The notes: a model not told the origin generated them from the sequence alone. DNA of 64,000 bases from Octopus vulgaris (GCA_951406725.2 OX597822.1:31124001-31188000); one strand, 5' to 3'; positions 14,726 to 29,190 are shown, counted from the first letter of the stretch. Numbers and translations: made by a program.

Positions 14726-16699
14726 TTCCCTTTTACATACTGTTCTTGAATCAATGAATAATGGGTATGTTGGTGGAGCATAATAAGGGATCATATCCAT
14801 AACTGTCCTTTATCTACTAATTATGTATAGATATGCACCTAAATATTGGATAGTATGTTGAAATTTATTCACAGCTTCTTTAAATAATTTACCTGAAATT
14901 TTAGAGTTACTAGGTTTTAGTTTATTTTAACATCGATAAAATTTCAATTAAACGAGAAATATTTTGTATGGGTCATTAAATAAATTACTCCTTGCTCAGA
15001 TTATTTCATTAGCCGAGTTTGGTAATTTACCTTGAAATGTTCTATTTTTAATAGCTATTACTTGTTTTAACTTTCAAAAAATTTTCTGCCGATTAAGCCA
15101 GGCCAAAGTAAGGTTATGCATTAAAGTATCAGTATAACCAAACCGTATCAATAACTATCTTTTGCTGCAAAAAAGAAAATCTCGGATTTTTCCTCAGTGA
15201 GGTACTATTGTGAAATTAGTTTCTTCTTTCTAGATATTATTTCGACTTTTCTTGAATAGTCGTCTAGCTATTACGACTATTTATTTTTTTTTACTAAAAG
15301 TAAAACTTAAAATAATTGAGTAATTTAGCATTCGTCATTCCGAAAATCAGCCCTTAGCTTATCTCAATTCAAACTCTTGGTCCACATGTGTTGTCTTCCT
15401 TAACTCATTATGTTTTTTATAATTATGAAAATGGTAAATAAAAGAAGTTTTCTCGAACTTTATTGGCACTTGACGCGACGCCAACGCTATCCTTTCTATA
15501 ATTCACCAATGGAGGGTTGTAGATACGTTTCTCATTAACTTCCATAAAACAGTAATTTAACGCCATATCAGAAACTCAATTCATCGTGTAGGTGTCTTTT
15601 TATGTACATTAAGTTTTTTCATGGCATATCTATTAAATTGTCCATTCTGTATACAATATATACTAAAAATGTTTGAAACTAAGTAAATGAGAAAACAATG
15701 TACATTTTAACTATATCAGATTGAAAGTTTAAACTTTTAAGAAATATTATAAGCTGCATTTCATAATTGATCTACCGCTGTATTTTAGATATCTGATAGA
15801 AGGGAAAACTCCAGACTGTTAAGTCCTGAATATAAGAGAAGTTTCTTAATGAGGTGAAATATTTTGTATTTTTTGTGCACTACTTCAATAGAAGCAGTCA
15901 TTTAATTTATAAACATTATAACAGGACATTATCGTATTTCCGATGACCCTTTCCAATATATCTGTTAGTTCTCGTGCTTGACGTTTGTTTTGTCTTCTTA
16001 GCTGATATTTTGGGTCTTTTCACTGTAATGCCAGTAATGATTTTAAGGAAGGGCTGGCAGTAGAGAAAGTCAATGTTACCTAGGAGAAAATCTGTACTTA
16101 GTATAGCAAATGCTATAAAGATGTGGTGCGATCAAATTCAGTTCTTGATTGAAGCTAATTCACTTTATATGCCCTTCGTTCTAATATGTAGTGCCTTTGT
16201 GTCCAGATGAAAAGAACCTAGCGTACAACTGCCTCACTGCTTTTATATTTATGAGAACTTTACGTTATGGTGCTTACTTCTTGATATATATGAGCGTAGA
16301 AAGTTTTAAAATCAAGAATCTTGGTTATGTCTGTTATGTGAATGAACTCTTCTGTCAGTAATGCAAGCATTACGCCGACACACTTATAATTCACCCACAA
16401 ATTCTGATATGGGGAAATTTATTTCGTCAGCTGTTTTTTCTTCGTGTGTGCAAGAACACACAGTGGTAGTCGGTTGGAAATCTCGAAATATAAAGATTCC
16501 ATTTCCGTATAACTGTTGAATCGATGTTGCTTTGAACAATAAAAGAACATTTGATGTAGGAAAAATAAATATTTTATGTCGGTCTAGGGAAAACCTTTGT
16601 ATGTATTAAAAGTAATTTGCAGACAATATCTTCATCAAACACTTGCTTCTCAAAGAAACGTTAAATGGTTCAAACAATTGTAATAAAACCTATCTAGAA

Positions 16700-16900
16700 T
16701 GAGTCAAGTGAAAAGAAATACGGAACTGTCCTATATTCAGCGCAGACACTAGTATATTATTGCTGTTTTATATGGTAAAAACAATGAATCTCCAGGGAAG
16801 TAATATAGTTTCACGGTATAGAAAGTGGCCTATAGAATTAGTTGTGATGTTCAATGTAATGCATACGATGTTCTTGTGGTTAGTCTAAAACAATCTCAAT
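16700..16900 (+). mobile_element. Possible highly decayed piggyBac-like transposase fragment
   Basis: RYRKWP...DVQCNAYDVL across frames resembles the piggyBac KW...D...NA motif; weak. Confidence 0.3.
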
Positions 16901-17618
16901 ACTGCAGCCTGAATTGAAATGGCGGAACAGATAGCTCTAACTAGAACTGACGGGAGATTTGAAATTATTATGAGATTTTGGCAATGAGGACTGTTTCACA
17001 CATGATTGGTGGAGCACTTGGCATTCTATCCTGAATATGATTCCACTTTGGAAATTCTGTTTCATTGAAGACATTTATTACAGACACACATTGCGATTAA
17101 TGTACCACTTAGTTATGTAATCTTTTCAAGACACTGTTGCAGACACAATGCAAAAAGCTGCTTTCACTTGATTCCTTACAATAAATCTCATTAATGTCTC
17201 ATGAATTTCTTTTAACTTTTATCCCATGTGATTTTTTCCCTGAATTAAGCTTTCTTTCCTTACTTCATGAATTATTCCTTCTATGTGTGAACCAAATTCT
17301 CTAGGCCCAGAGAGTCTGCAACGATGCACTCTTCACTGCGATTAATGTATCAAATAAAACAATGATTAAGGGGTTTTAATTCTTTTCACTTAAGAAATTA
17401 TAAAGTGTTAGCCTCTACAAAGGAGATGCATAGAAATATATTGAACAATTGATCATATAATAGGAATATTGAGATTCGGGTAGGGGAACATAGTTCTTGA
17501 ACTATTTCAATACCAATACATACAGACGTGCGTGTGTCTGTATATTTGAGTGTGACTGCATAATGACCACTAGTTAAAAGTTGTGTTTACACGTATCTAA
17601 ACAGACATACATTCATGC

Positions 17619-17675
<57 letters not shown>

Positions 17676-17676
17676 C

Positions 17677-17730
<54 letters not shown>

Positions 17731-17752
17731 ATGTCTGTCTGTCTGTCTGTCA

Positions 17753-17784
<32 letters not shown>

Positions 17785-18788
17785 GCCTGTCTGTCTGTCT
17801 ATCTATTTGTCTGTCTGTGTATATGTATATGTGTTGTGTGTTTGTGTGTGCGTGCAAAATACATATCCAAGCATAAGAATATTATAGTCATCTGTAGCTT
17901 TTCTCATGGTTATAATTAGTTATTGCTATATATCTAGCCATTCAAATCCGTGTACTAAAACATAGGGTTATGCAAGATCGAGAGCGAGTCAGGGAGTAAG
18001 AGAGAGAGAGCAAGAGAGAGAGAGAGAGAGAGAGAAGGAATATACAATACCGGAAAAATAATATGCATAGACGTAAATCCAGGTTCGTTTATTTTCATGT
18101 AAAAAGATGCATACAGACAGACAGACAGACACACACACACACACACACACACACGACAGAGTAAAAATGAAAACATAATGCAATAATTATTTGGATATAG
18201 AGAAACACGAAATTCGCTAGTAGCTTCTGGAATGTTGCCCAAAAAACTGGGTAGACATTGGTTAAACTGCTACCGTTGTAAAGCAAACAAAACTCAGTGG
18301 TAATAAGAGAAAACCGTACTAGAGAGTACCGTATATTTTGTAGCGCCAAGAATACTTTGTCAATAAACAATGTATAGACACAATGCAGTAACATCGTGCC
18401 CTTTGCAGTTGAATTTCATTATTAACTGTTACCTTTTGAACTGTGTATAAATCGGTCACTGCGATGTGCAGCCTAAATTTGTTATTTCATTTCCAAATTT
18501 AGTTTTGTATGCATTGTAGTGTTTTCCAGATGTTTCCAGATGCATATCATTGGGATTCTTGCAGTTATCTGGAGATTCATGTCATTGAGTTTTGATATTC
18601 AAATTTTAACTTCTAATACGTATATAGACATCTATATTTCGAGGTTGGGGCTGGCGAGGTTGGAGCAATCTCAAGATTAATCAGCCGAAATTGCGAGGAT
18701 GATCCGGTTCTTGACTGAAGATTAAAGGTTTCCAATGACCCGTCCATGTTTTTTGTATCGTCTATCTGGATGTTTTGCGTTCTTGTCC

Positions 18789-18825
<37 letters not shown>

Positions 18826-18826
<1 letters not shown>

Positions 18827-19198
18827 GTTTAAATATTTGTTGGGCAAGATTTTTTATGTGAATTCGTGTGTTGAAACAGATATTGTTATATTTCGGAATG
18901 GTCATATTGCCAGTTTAGCCAATAAATAAACATAGACGCACATAGAGATATAAGCATGCACAAATGAAGACATACAATAGAAATACAAAATGGCTGACGG
19001 TTAGTAAGGAGAGACACAAATAAGAAAGAAGAAAACAAAGGACCACTGATGCGGTCACAGGAGTGTGACGAAAGAACTCTGGCCGAAATAAGATTAAGAT
19101 TAATGTAAAAAATAAATAACACTGTAGCAAAATAACACCAAATATATAGTGCGCGTGTTTTTATAGGCTAAACTGGCAATATGACCATTCCGAAATAT

Positions 19199-19206
<8 letters not shown>
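18826..19206. mobile_element. PLE-type module with ~41-bp inverted repeat, HHR and short ORF start, between (TA)n tracts
   Basis: 18880-18920 is the reverse complement of 19166-19206; HHR at 19041. Confidence 0.75.
19041..19084 (+). ncRNA. Minimal type I hammerhead motif (A9 mutated)
   Basis: CCA-CTGATGC-G-GTCAC-AGGAGT-GTGAC-GAAA-GAAC-TC-TGG; stems I and II pair. Confidence 0.65.
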
Positions 19207-19245
<39 letters not shown>

Positions 19246-19375
19246 TTCAGCAAAATTTAGATTCAGATGAATATGGTACTTAAGACAAAGGCACCAGAAC
19301 TTTGTATGGCATTATCCATATAAATTCGTGGGATGATTACAATTAAAATAAGCAACAAGTATATCCAAGGTAATG

Positions 19376-19459
19376 TGGTAAGATCGTTTCATGCTACTTC
19401 ATTTTATTAAACACTGTAAGCATTACATCAGTTTTAAAATGTCGAGCTATCTTCAGCCA
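19376..19459 (-). ncRNA. Type I hammerhead motif with long stem II, in PLE tail ending at (TA)n ~19240
   Basis: Minus strand TGG-CTGAAGA-T-AGCT..CATTTT...AAAATG..AGCA-T-GAAAC-GATC-TTA-CCA. Confidence 0.6.
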
Positions 19460-20729
19460 TCTTTAGTGATTTTCCAATCAAAAGGACAATGCACATTCTT
19501 ATCCCTATTTCGTTTGCCAACATTATAAAGAGGGTATATATATACACAGACAGAGAGGCTGATTCCATTCTTAAGAACATCATAGTATTATATCTACTCT
19601 CTGACTGTAGATTTTAACTTTTTAACTTAAATTTTTTTAACATCATTATTTAACAGCATTTTTACATCATTATTCAGACTTAACATATTAATTAAAGTAA
19701 GATTTGACACACAACTGAATACTGTATGCATTCCTTACATGTTAACTTTAATTTAAGAAGAAATCATGCAAGCTGGAAGTGGAATCCATATAAAGCCTCT
19801 ATATTTCCTTATTCTATGAAACACTGATTTTATGTCATATTTTTTTAACTATATGGATTTTTATGCAGTTTTAAAGGCCGTAAATAATATATATATATAT
19901 CATATATCATATAATATATGAGTTTTGATGTTTAGGTAAAATTTTTTGATTCATGATTCCGTTTCTAATAAATTACAGCAGCTGTCCTGCAATTAAGATT
20001 CTTCTATAGTTTCCAAAATGCGGCTATTAGATAATCTGTTTGATGTAATTTTTATTTACATATCTTCGAAATTTGTCGTTGTATTGATTTACATAAACGA
20101 GATAGTAAACTATCGTACTGTCAAGTGGCGAAATGTGATGATATCAAAGGAAATCAATGTTTATGGATTCAACTCAATACTGGAGACAAGTTTACACCAC
20201 GTTTATGCCGTAAATATAAAGTGCTGCACTAAATCATTGAAATACATATGCTGACAAAAGCACTTCTGTAAAACAAGAACATTTATTTCCACATTTCTGC
20301 AAGCTAGACTAAGCCAAATATACAAAATAGTGCGCAGAAAACCAACGAACATTTCTACCAGTGGAGCGGACGATATATTTCTCACAATAATTGAGTGTAT
20401 TCGTGTGCCTCATTATGGGATCAGAACTGTTACAAAACTGATAAGCTTTTGCAGTGTACTATTATTTACAATAATTGCATTCACATTTCACAGTAGAATT
20501 TGGTGAATATGCTTTGCCAACAGACGTAATGCATACGGCCAAAAATATTACGATTGAAGGAGAAACAGCCTATTTTACTTTTGTATAGCGAATACAATGT
20601 TAGGAAATTGATATATGTTCAGTTAAAAGGTGCAGTCTCTTAGTCGGAGTGATTGTTTAAATTTTGTAGTAGAGGGGTGTCCTTTTAATTAGAAAATTGC
20701 AAAATATCATAGTTAATTAAATACCTGCT

Positions 20730-21830
20730 TGAGTGACACAACATGTTTATTATGATGATGTGACCAGTGCAAAAGTTGATGATGATGACGGCCGTGTGCG
20801 ATATATTTATGAGTGTCCACGTGGAAAGATTATTAAGACTGTTCCGTGTTACGTACAATTATACAATACTGTTTCAGATTCGATTCTGCGAACAACGGTA
20901 CCTTCTTGCATTCATATTCAATATTGTCAAGAATTTGAAGAACGTTTGGAGATTTAGTGACTGAGGAGAAGTTGGTAAAAATGTTTCAATTTTGTTAATT
21001 TCCAATAGTGATTAACACCTATAACTAGGAAATGCCAATCTATAAATTCTTCCTAAAATTTCCAATCACAGCTTTATCTTTATGTATATAAGGAGGAATC
21101 CATAAATTAATGTCTTTATATCTCTTTTTCCAAATATCTCCTGCATCATTATCTGTGCTAACTTAACTGTAATCCAGTTTCATGCATCACTATACATCTA
21201 ATTCCGTAGTCATGAGCGATAAATACGAAGGCAAATTTGTTGTGTCAGATATACTAAGTATAGCCATTGATGATGCAGCTAAGAGGCTACACTAATCTCC
21301 TTACCGATTGTCTGGTTGTATGTATTCACAATCGACATTGCTCCCCGTCATCGCATATATGTAAGTGAAGTAGAACAAAGTGTATCTTACGGTTTCGTAA
21401 ATTAAACTCAGACGAAGAGTATTTGAAGCATCAGGCGATAGGTAAGTGATTGAACTGGAAAAGCAAATGCCGTAGCATGAAACGAAGAAATGAACTTGTT
21501 TCACCAATTTGATATACGCAAATTACCAGTCTGCGTGTAATCGAGAAAATTCTGTTTAGTGTCTGCAAGGAATTTGCTGTTCAGGCACTTATTCTTTCAG
21601 GCAATGGGCATGGCACGATGGATGAAGATCTTGTATCCAGCTAATATGTTCTGGTGTAATAACCTGGAATGGTAATTGTAAAGTGATTTGATTCTCAGGA
21701 TAAGTGGTTGGTATTTGTAAACATATACAGCCACAGTGAAGGAACATCAGGTAACGAAAAAGTATATACGGATTTTGCTTTCGAAAGCTACAGCAAATTC
21801 CAAACATGTATGATGTGTCTAGTATTATAT
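20730..21830 (+). mobile_element. Heavily decayed Academ-like DNA transposon (XPG-like and C-terminal region)
   Basis: Ordered remnants across frames: KEES (HEEAD-like), LSGC (LSGCD-like), YG..VN.LRRRVF, ANYQSA (RANYQA-like), NGHGTMDEDL; many stops and frameshifts. Confidence 0.45.
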
Positions 21831-22229
21831 AGAAAGGGCCCCACATATTTTAGAAGGTCATCGCTTAAAATTTTAGTAGCATTTGCTAAATTCTAAGTCA
21901 TCTAAATATTAGCAAATGGCACTTAAACTTAATGAGTACCAAAAACCAAAAACACAAGAAAGAAAAGAAAATAATAATTATAAAAGGATCGTACAAGTGA
22001 ATGAGACTAGGCAGCGTCAAAAGCTTTTGTATTTTCACTGATGATTTTCGCAATATGTATCACCAAGTCATATTATTGATTTGATAGAGTTTATTGTTTA
22101 ATCATTGCTGAATTGTTTATTCTATATTTTAATGTCTGACGCTTAAACATTAATTGTTAATACTTTATTTTACAGATTTATTAACGAGTTTTGAAGAAAT
22201 TGCAATAAAAGCCGATTTACGCTTCCCGT

Positions 22230-22935
22230 GGATAAAATGGACTGAGTGCAAGTTTAGCAGCATAAGAAATTAATATTTTTTTATAATAAGGCTTCATAAC
22301 TCTCAATGAACGCGTTTCGCAAAAACTGGTGCAGATATTTCAAGGAAGGTGGTACAAGCCTCGACGACAGCGAAATTAGGGAGACCTGTTGAGGAAGATG
22401 TGACCTGCTTTGATATGGTTGAACCACTACGAAGCAAACTACCGTACAAAGTTGGGTATAATTGATCCTTCATAAAGGGCCATCAGTTGACACCTTCATA
22501 AGCTCGGCTTTGTGAGCTGTCAACAAGCTCCTTATAAAACGACCTATGACTAGGTTCAATGGCGTGTAAACATATGCAAACAACTGCTGGTATATTCTCG
22601 AGATGCCCCTTTTGGGCGTAGAATTGTAACCGGGGATAAAAGATGGATATATTTTCGTAATTGTAATATGAGAAAAAAGTGGCTTCGCTCAGGCCAAGAT
22701 TCAGACCATTTCAAATAAAGGTAGTTTCAACAGAAAGTCTAGTTATGTGTATGGTGGAAATTCAAGCGGGTGTTGCACATTGAACCTGCCCCAGATAGTC
22801 ATGCTATGAACACTAAGTTTTATGCTCAACAGCTGCTAGTCAGCTTTATTCAATCGAAACCGCGGACATTCTACATTATGACAATGCCGCAGCACACATT
22901 TCCAATATGGCTAAGCAGAAATTTTTGGAACGTGA
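22230..22935 (+). mobile_element. Decayed mariner transposase
   Basis: RIVTGDKRWIYFRN; LCVWWKFKRVLHIE; LHYDNAAAH. Confidence 0.85.
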
Positions 22936-23285
22936 GGGCTCATTTCCGGCATGGGGGTTCAGGTATGTGAATTGCACTGGAAATGGTTACAAGGAAACAT
23001 TTGTTTCTAAACCAAATGGTATAAGCGTGGAATTGAGCTGCGGACATATTAATGCCAACAGACACACACAATCATTTATAGAAAGAATAATTCAAAGAAC
23101 AGCCGATTTCTCCGACGCCAACACCAACAGGACATACCCTTTCCTAAATATCATGCCCAGAACAGAAACAAAATAATTCAAAAAAATTACCAACAAAAAT
23201 TTGCCGGTGGCTATAGAAAATACACTTGCCCACGGTGCCACGCATGTTCGAAGGTATATACATAAACATACATACATATATTTTC

Positions 23286-23354
<69 letters not shown>

Positions 23355-23361
<7 letters not shown>

Positions 23362-23454
23362 ATAAGCATAACAAATGCGCAACCGGTAAAAAGAACTTTC
23401 ACCTAATTAAATTACTTAAATTACTTCAATTATTTGTCAGCATTTTCTTCATTT

Positions 23455-23462
<8 letters not shown>
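23355..23462 (+). mobile_element. Solo PLE-type tail with variant hammerhead, inside (TA)n
   Basis: TTGATAA-GCAT-AACAA-ATGC-GCAA-CCGG-TA; matches the arms of the 35401-35680 palindrome. Confidence 0.7.
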
Positions 23463-23543
<81 letters not shown>

Positions 23544-23548
23544 CATAC

Positions 23549-23629
<81 letters not shown>

Positions 23630-23671
23630 CATACAAATATAATATATATATATATATATATACATACATAC

Positions 23672-23707
<36 letters not shown>

Positions 23708-23786
23708 GTATATATATATATATAATTACATATATAAATATATATACCTGTATTAGAAGGTTTGGAGATGATGTACAGGTATTTTA

Positions 23787-23965
23787 TATTAGAAGAAATG
23801 AGGTACTCAGAAATTCGGATGGTTTTATATTTACAAACATTTATTTGTATATTACATGTTTTTATACATCATATATCATATATGATGTATAAAACATGTA
23901 ATATACAAATAAATATCTGTAAATATAAAACCATCCGAATTTCTGAGTACCTCATTTCTTCTAAT

Positions 23966-23966
<1 letters not shown>
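23787..23966. repeat. Near-perfect ~180-bp palindrome between microsatellites
   Basis: TATTAGAAGAAATGAGGTACTCAGAAATTCGGATGG... versus ...CCATCCGAATTTCTGAGTACCTCATTTCTTCTAATA; centre ~23876. Confidence 0.95.
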
Positions 23967-24054
<88 letters not shown>

Positions 24055-24057
<3 letters not shown>

Positions 24058-24557
24058 ACAAAGGGTAAAATTAATTAATTAAGAAGTAATCAATAAAATT
24101 CATCAAGTAGGATTCGGTATGAAAACAGGACCACTAACATGGTAAATTTTAGTAATACTAATGAAAAGGGTTCGGCAAAAGAATTGCGTCGCCGCATACC
24201 GAAGTTCAGAAATAGCAGCCAAAATCTTAGCAATTTCTTCTACTTTAAATAGGGTCTTCCAGAGAACTCAAAATACCTGAAGTTTAAACACACAGGCAGA
24301 GGGTAAAGCAAACGAAAATCAATCGATATCTGATCATCCATAGAAGCGCGTTTCTGAATTAGGTCTTACGTAAAGAATATAAAAAAATATATACTTTACC
24401 AACCGTATTCTTCATCAGTATGGATACTCTGTTATAATCTGGAGGTACTAGAACATCTGAACGAATCAATTCATATAACAGTGTAGGCCGTTTGCATTCT
24501 ATGTTAGTACCGCTAGACTCAAAACACGAATGAAAGCCTTTCGTGTTTTGAGTCTAG

Positions 24558-24560
<3 letters not shown>
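24055..24560 (-). mobile_element. PLE-type module with HHR and terminal 21-bp fold-back, between (TA)n tracts
   Basis: HHR at 24336-24425; perfect arms 24510-24530 and 24540-24560. Confidence 0.75.
24336..24425 (-). ncRNA. Type I hammerhead motif with 7-bp stem I
   Basis: Minus strand ATCCATA-CTGATGA-A-GAAT...ATTC-A-GAAAC-GCGC-TTC-TATGGAT. Confidence 0.75.
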
Positions 24561-24594
<34 letters not shown>

Positions 24595-24717
24595 AACGAA
24601 AACACAATACGGGACAATAAAACAACCGGATAGATAGACGATACAAAGTCGGACAGGGAAAACTAATTAGAGGGATAATAATTGTTTTCCTGTCCGCCTT
24701 TGTCATATTGTCTTCTT

Positions 24718-24811
<94 letters not shown>

Positions 24812-25993
24812 ATATATATATATAAACGTATAGCCTGCTCGATTTTGTTTAAATTCCCACAAAAACGGGTTAACTTTGGGATAGAAACTGGCTGTACTTC
24901 TAATGCTTGTAAGTACAGAATATTAAGCAAAACTCAAACATACGTAGTTAAATAAAGACATATCTAAATGCATAATAATAAAATATGCAAATATTGATTA
25001 ACGGTATATAATACATATGGTTATTTGGCGTCCAAATTATTTCAACTTCAAATATTACTTATATTGAGGAATACCAGGTGTCGATCCTATAGGAGTTTTC
25101 ATATTCGGTTATCTTTGTATTTTCTGTCATGCTTAAAACAATTCATACACTCGGAGACGTCAGAAATATTGAATATCATAGCAATTCGAATGAAAATCTT
25201 CGAGCGAAAATATTTACAGATATGACACAAAAATGTGTGTAGATACTGCTACGTATTTCATTTACTGCGTAACTGTTTTGTGTTTAGGAAGTAGAGATCG
25301 ATAGATATGGAGATAGATAGGTAGAGAGATGATAAAGATACGTCATTCGTAAAGTGCATAAGCATATGCGAAATGCAGTGAGCATTACGAAGGTAACTAT
25401 CTCAAAGGACTCCGCTTATAACTTTGCTGAGGTTCAGCATATGTCATAACATATAAACATCAGATAATAACGCGGAAAGAATTCACTGGAAATTTATTCC
25501 AAACCAATCCTAATGGATTTGGCGTCTTAACGCTTGAAGGACTCGCAATTGTTCTTTTATATAAAGGCAGAGTTCCATTTAGGTTTCGTTTATTATTTGC
25601 TTCGGTAAACTGAACATAAATGATGAGGTGTCATTTGATGTGAATTTCTTTGGATATGTTAAATCGTTCTCCCAAACATCCATCCTTCAGTTCATGCACC
25701 CATCTAGCAAATACGCCATCTTACATAGGTATATGCGCACATACATAAGATATGCAAAGACTACATACATACAAGCATCCATACATACATAAATACATAC
25801 ATTCAAAAATACATACATAAAAATTTACATACATGCGTACGCACATACATACATATATTCGTAAATGCATACATAAAGATATACATGCGAACGTATTATG
25901 TATGTGTGTGAATGTGTGGGTATGTGTGTATATGTGTGTATGTGTGTATATGGGGGTATATATATATATGTACGTATATGTATATATATGTAA

Positions 25994-26036
<43 letters not shown>

Positions 26037-26211
26037 AAAACACATATAGATGTATATTATATACATATATTATATATATATGTAAATACATATAATATAT
26101 GCGTGTATATATATGCATATATAACTATATATAGACATACACACACATATATACATAAATACATACGTACGTACAGATATATATATATACATATATATAT
26201 ATGTATATATG

Positions 26212-26284
<73 letters not shown>

Positions 26285-26991
26285 TTCTGAGTGTACTGAT
26301 AAGAAAAACAGGGTGAAACAGGTTAGAATAAGATAACTTAAAGATATCTTCTGTGATTATACCTTCTTTTTTTATTCGTTTTTGTTTGAAGATGCAAGTC
26401 AAGTGAAATGCACATATTTGGTTTGAAAACACGTCAGGGAATACAGACCCATATCATTGGGAGTAATTTATACCTATTTGCAGAGTAAAATATAGCAAAT
26501 ATAACTAATATAAATGGAGAAATAGCATATGATGTTAGTGCTGTCTGTACTGTCGATGTTAAAAACAATACATATATATATATACACTTGGAGAGATGAT
26601 AATAGAAGTAAAGTATAAATTATATAACTAGAAATGTGTGTAAGAATAATGATAACTATCAAAACAAAGTGAAAATTGAAAAGATAATTCTAGAACCAGA
26701 TCAGAACAGAGAACAAAAACAAAAAACAGGAAGAATGTAGTTAAATGAATTACAGATAAGTAGTTGGAGATGCAAAGGTGGATAAAAAGACAAAAAAACT
26801 ATGATTATGGCGGTGTAGGTAATAAAAGTAGAATAAATCTTAAAATAATCATATTGATGGATGAGAGATTCTAATGATGCGGGAGATTAGGGCATGGTTA
26901 TAAAGGGTAGAGTTCTGGAGCCTACACTTAGAAACATGCATAAAGATCCGCACATTGAGATATTGACGTATGCACAGTGAATCTATAATGG

Positions 26992-27033
<42 letters not shown>

Positions 27034-27178
27034 ATACTCACACACATTCACACACACAAACACACAGACATACACGTATATATTCATATACGTGTGTGTG
27101 TAAATTTATAGGAATATACATACACAATACGTTCTTTCACAGAGACATATACAAGCACATGAATATGCATACATGCAT

Positions 27179-27260
<82 letters not shown>

Positions 27261-27693
27261 GTATGTATATAGATGCAAGCATGTACGTGATCTATGTACA
27301 CAAATGTTCGTATTAAAAGACGTAAAGACAAATATTTTAGAAACATAGTTTCAAGTATATATACATACGAAGAAGCATACATAGATATAGAGAGAAGCAG
27401 ATACCTGAACAAATGTGTGTGTGTGTGTGTGTGTAATACATACACACACGCAAATATACACATACATATATATGAATCTCTTAATACGTATTATGTATCG
27501 CTACGAAGACACACGCACCAGTGTCACATATGCTACTTGTGGACAACATCGAATGTCATTAATATTAGATTAAGTAGACAATATACGCAATAAAACTACA
27601 TAATATTATATCAGAGATGCACGAGAAGCAAATTAAGTGAATAGATGAAGGAGATATATCAATGTCTGGTTGAGAAACAATATGCATATTGAG

Positions 27694-27739
<46 letters not shown>

Positions 27740-27792
27740 TATAGATAGATATATATACATATACATACATACATACATATATATATACATAT

Positions 27793-27828
<36 letters not shown>

Positions 27829-28033
27829 GACCTCGTGTGTACCGTTGGCGACTTTTTTTCCTGTCTTCCATTCTCTGGATCTTTCCTTCTCCTATGTTTC
27901 CGACGAAGAGCTCCGCTCGAAACATTAAACCCTCCTTCTTTCCTTCTTTCCTGAGCGTCCAATAATACTATATTTGTTTTTACGTCCTCGCGTTGTTGTG
28001 TTTTTTTTTTTTTGCTTTCTTGTTTGGATTAAC

Positions 28034-28034
<1 letters not shown>
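27829..28034 (+). mobile_element. PLE-type tail with compact hammerhead motif (27896-27930), inside (TA)n
   Basis: GTTT-CCGACGA-A-GAGC-TCC-GCTC-GAAAC-ATT-AAAC; two apparent core changes; (TA)n on both flanks. Confidence 0.65.
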
Positions 28035-28065
<31 letters not shown>

Positions 28066-28549
28066 ATTGATATATTTCACTCAATAAATGTATTACAAAC
28101 CGATAAATGAATGAATGAAGAGTATATCGATATATGATGAAATTAATAAAATTACTGTTACGAAAATATTATTCGTGGGACACTGGAAAAGAACGAAATG
28201 TTTATAAGCCCTATATGTTTTATGGATGCAAGAAGAATTTCTTTCAGCGTTTCGTTTGTATACGAGAGTTTTAGTATTGAGTTTCCAATATGTCGGACTG
28301 AACGTGATTAAAACAGTGCAAATATTTTTCTGGATCTTCAATCGGTGTTTGCTGTAAGAAACTGCTTTGGGTTATGTTTTGCACGTGCACTTTCTGAGAA
28401 TTGATTGTTTCTGGAACATGTATGATTTGTGGACACGTTTTTAACACAAAATTTTAAAATGTAGGATCATTGCTCTGTATGCATTAAGAGAATTATTGGT
28501 ATTTACTGTTGGTTAGTTATATGATATTAGTAGATCTGCAGTATACAAC

Positions 28550-29190
28550 GAAAGTGTGGTGAATGTTCCTGAATGTCTTGGGTGAACTGTAAATATAATA
28601 TCATTTGCATAATATTGGTGGAATATTTTCCACATGGTGCAAATAATGTATCGCTCACGGCGGCGTTGCAGAGGATAGAGCTTCAGCTGTTTAAGTCGAG
28701 CCCAGTAATCAAGTCCCATCATGCCATTTATCTTTTTTGATGGATCTTTGTGACGCTTCGATCCTCATTATGCCTTGTTTTTTGTAAGGGGACCACAATG
28801 GGTAGCAGTATTCGAGGTGGAGACTAGCGAATGTGGAAGAGAGAAGGATGATAGTTTCATGATCCCTAGATTGGAATGTTCTGAGGATCCATGAACACCT
28901 TCTGCGGGCAACATCGACATTTTTGTTGATGTGCACGCTCCAACAAAGATTGCTGTCGAAAGTTACATCTAAGTCTCTGATATTATCCGACGGTTCAAGT
29001 AGGTCTTCTGACGGTAGTGTATATGATTGTTTGAGTGTGCCCTCTTTTCCAAAGTGGATGAGCTCAAATTTTTCTTCATACAACTGCATATTGTTTTGTA
29101 CCCACTGGGTTACTACGCATAGGTCCGATTGAAGGCGCTTAATGAATTTCTGGAGCTTAGAGTCATCTGCAAATATTGTTATGGTGTTAT
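28550..29190 (-). mobile_element. CR1-like LINE reverse transcriptase 3' fragment
   Basis: IFADDSKL...LQSDL...RDLDVTFDSNLCWSVHI...LEYCYPLWSPY; DYWARLKQLKLYPLQRRRERY. Confidence 0.92.

Noticed and set aside
18711-18745. Hammerhead at CTGAAGA (18715)
   Set aside because: GAAA half and stems are not recognisable, although the context looks like a PLE tail.
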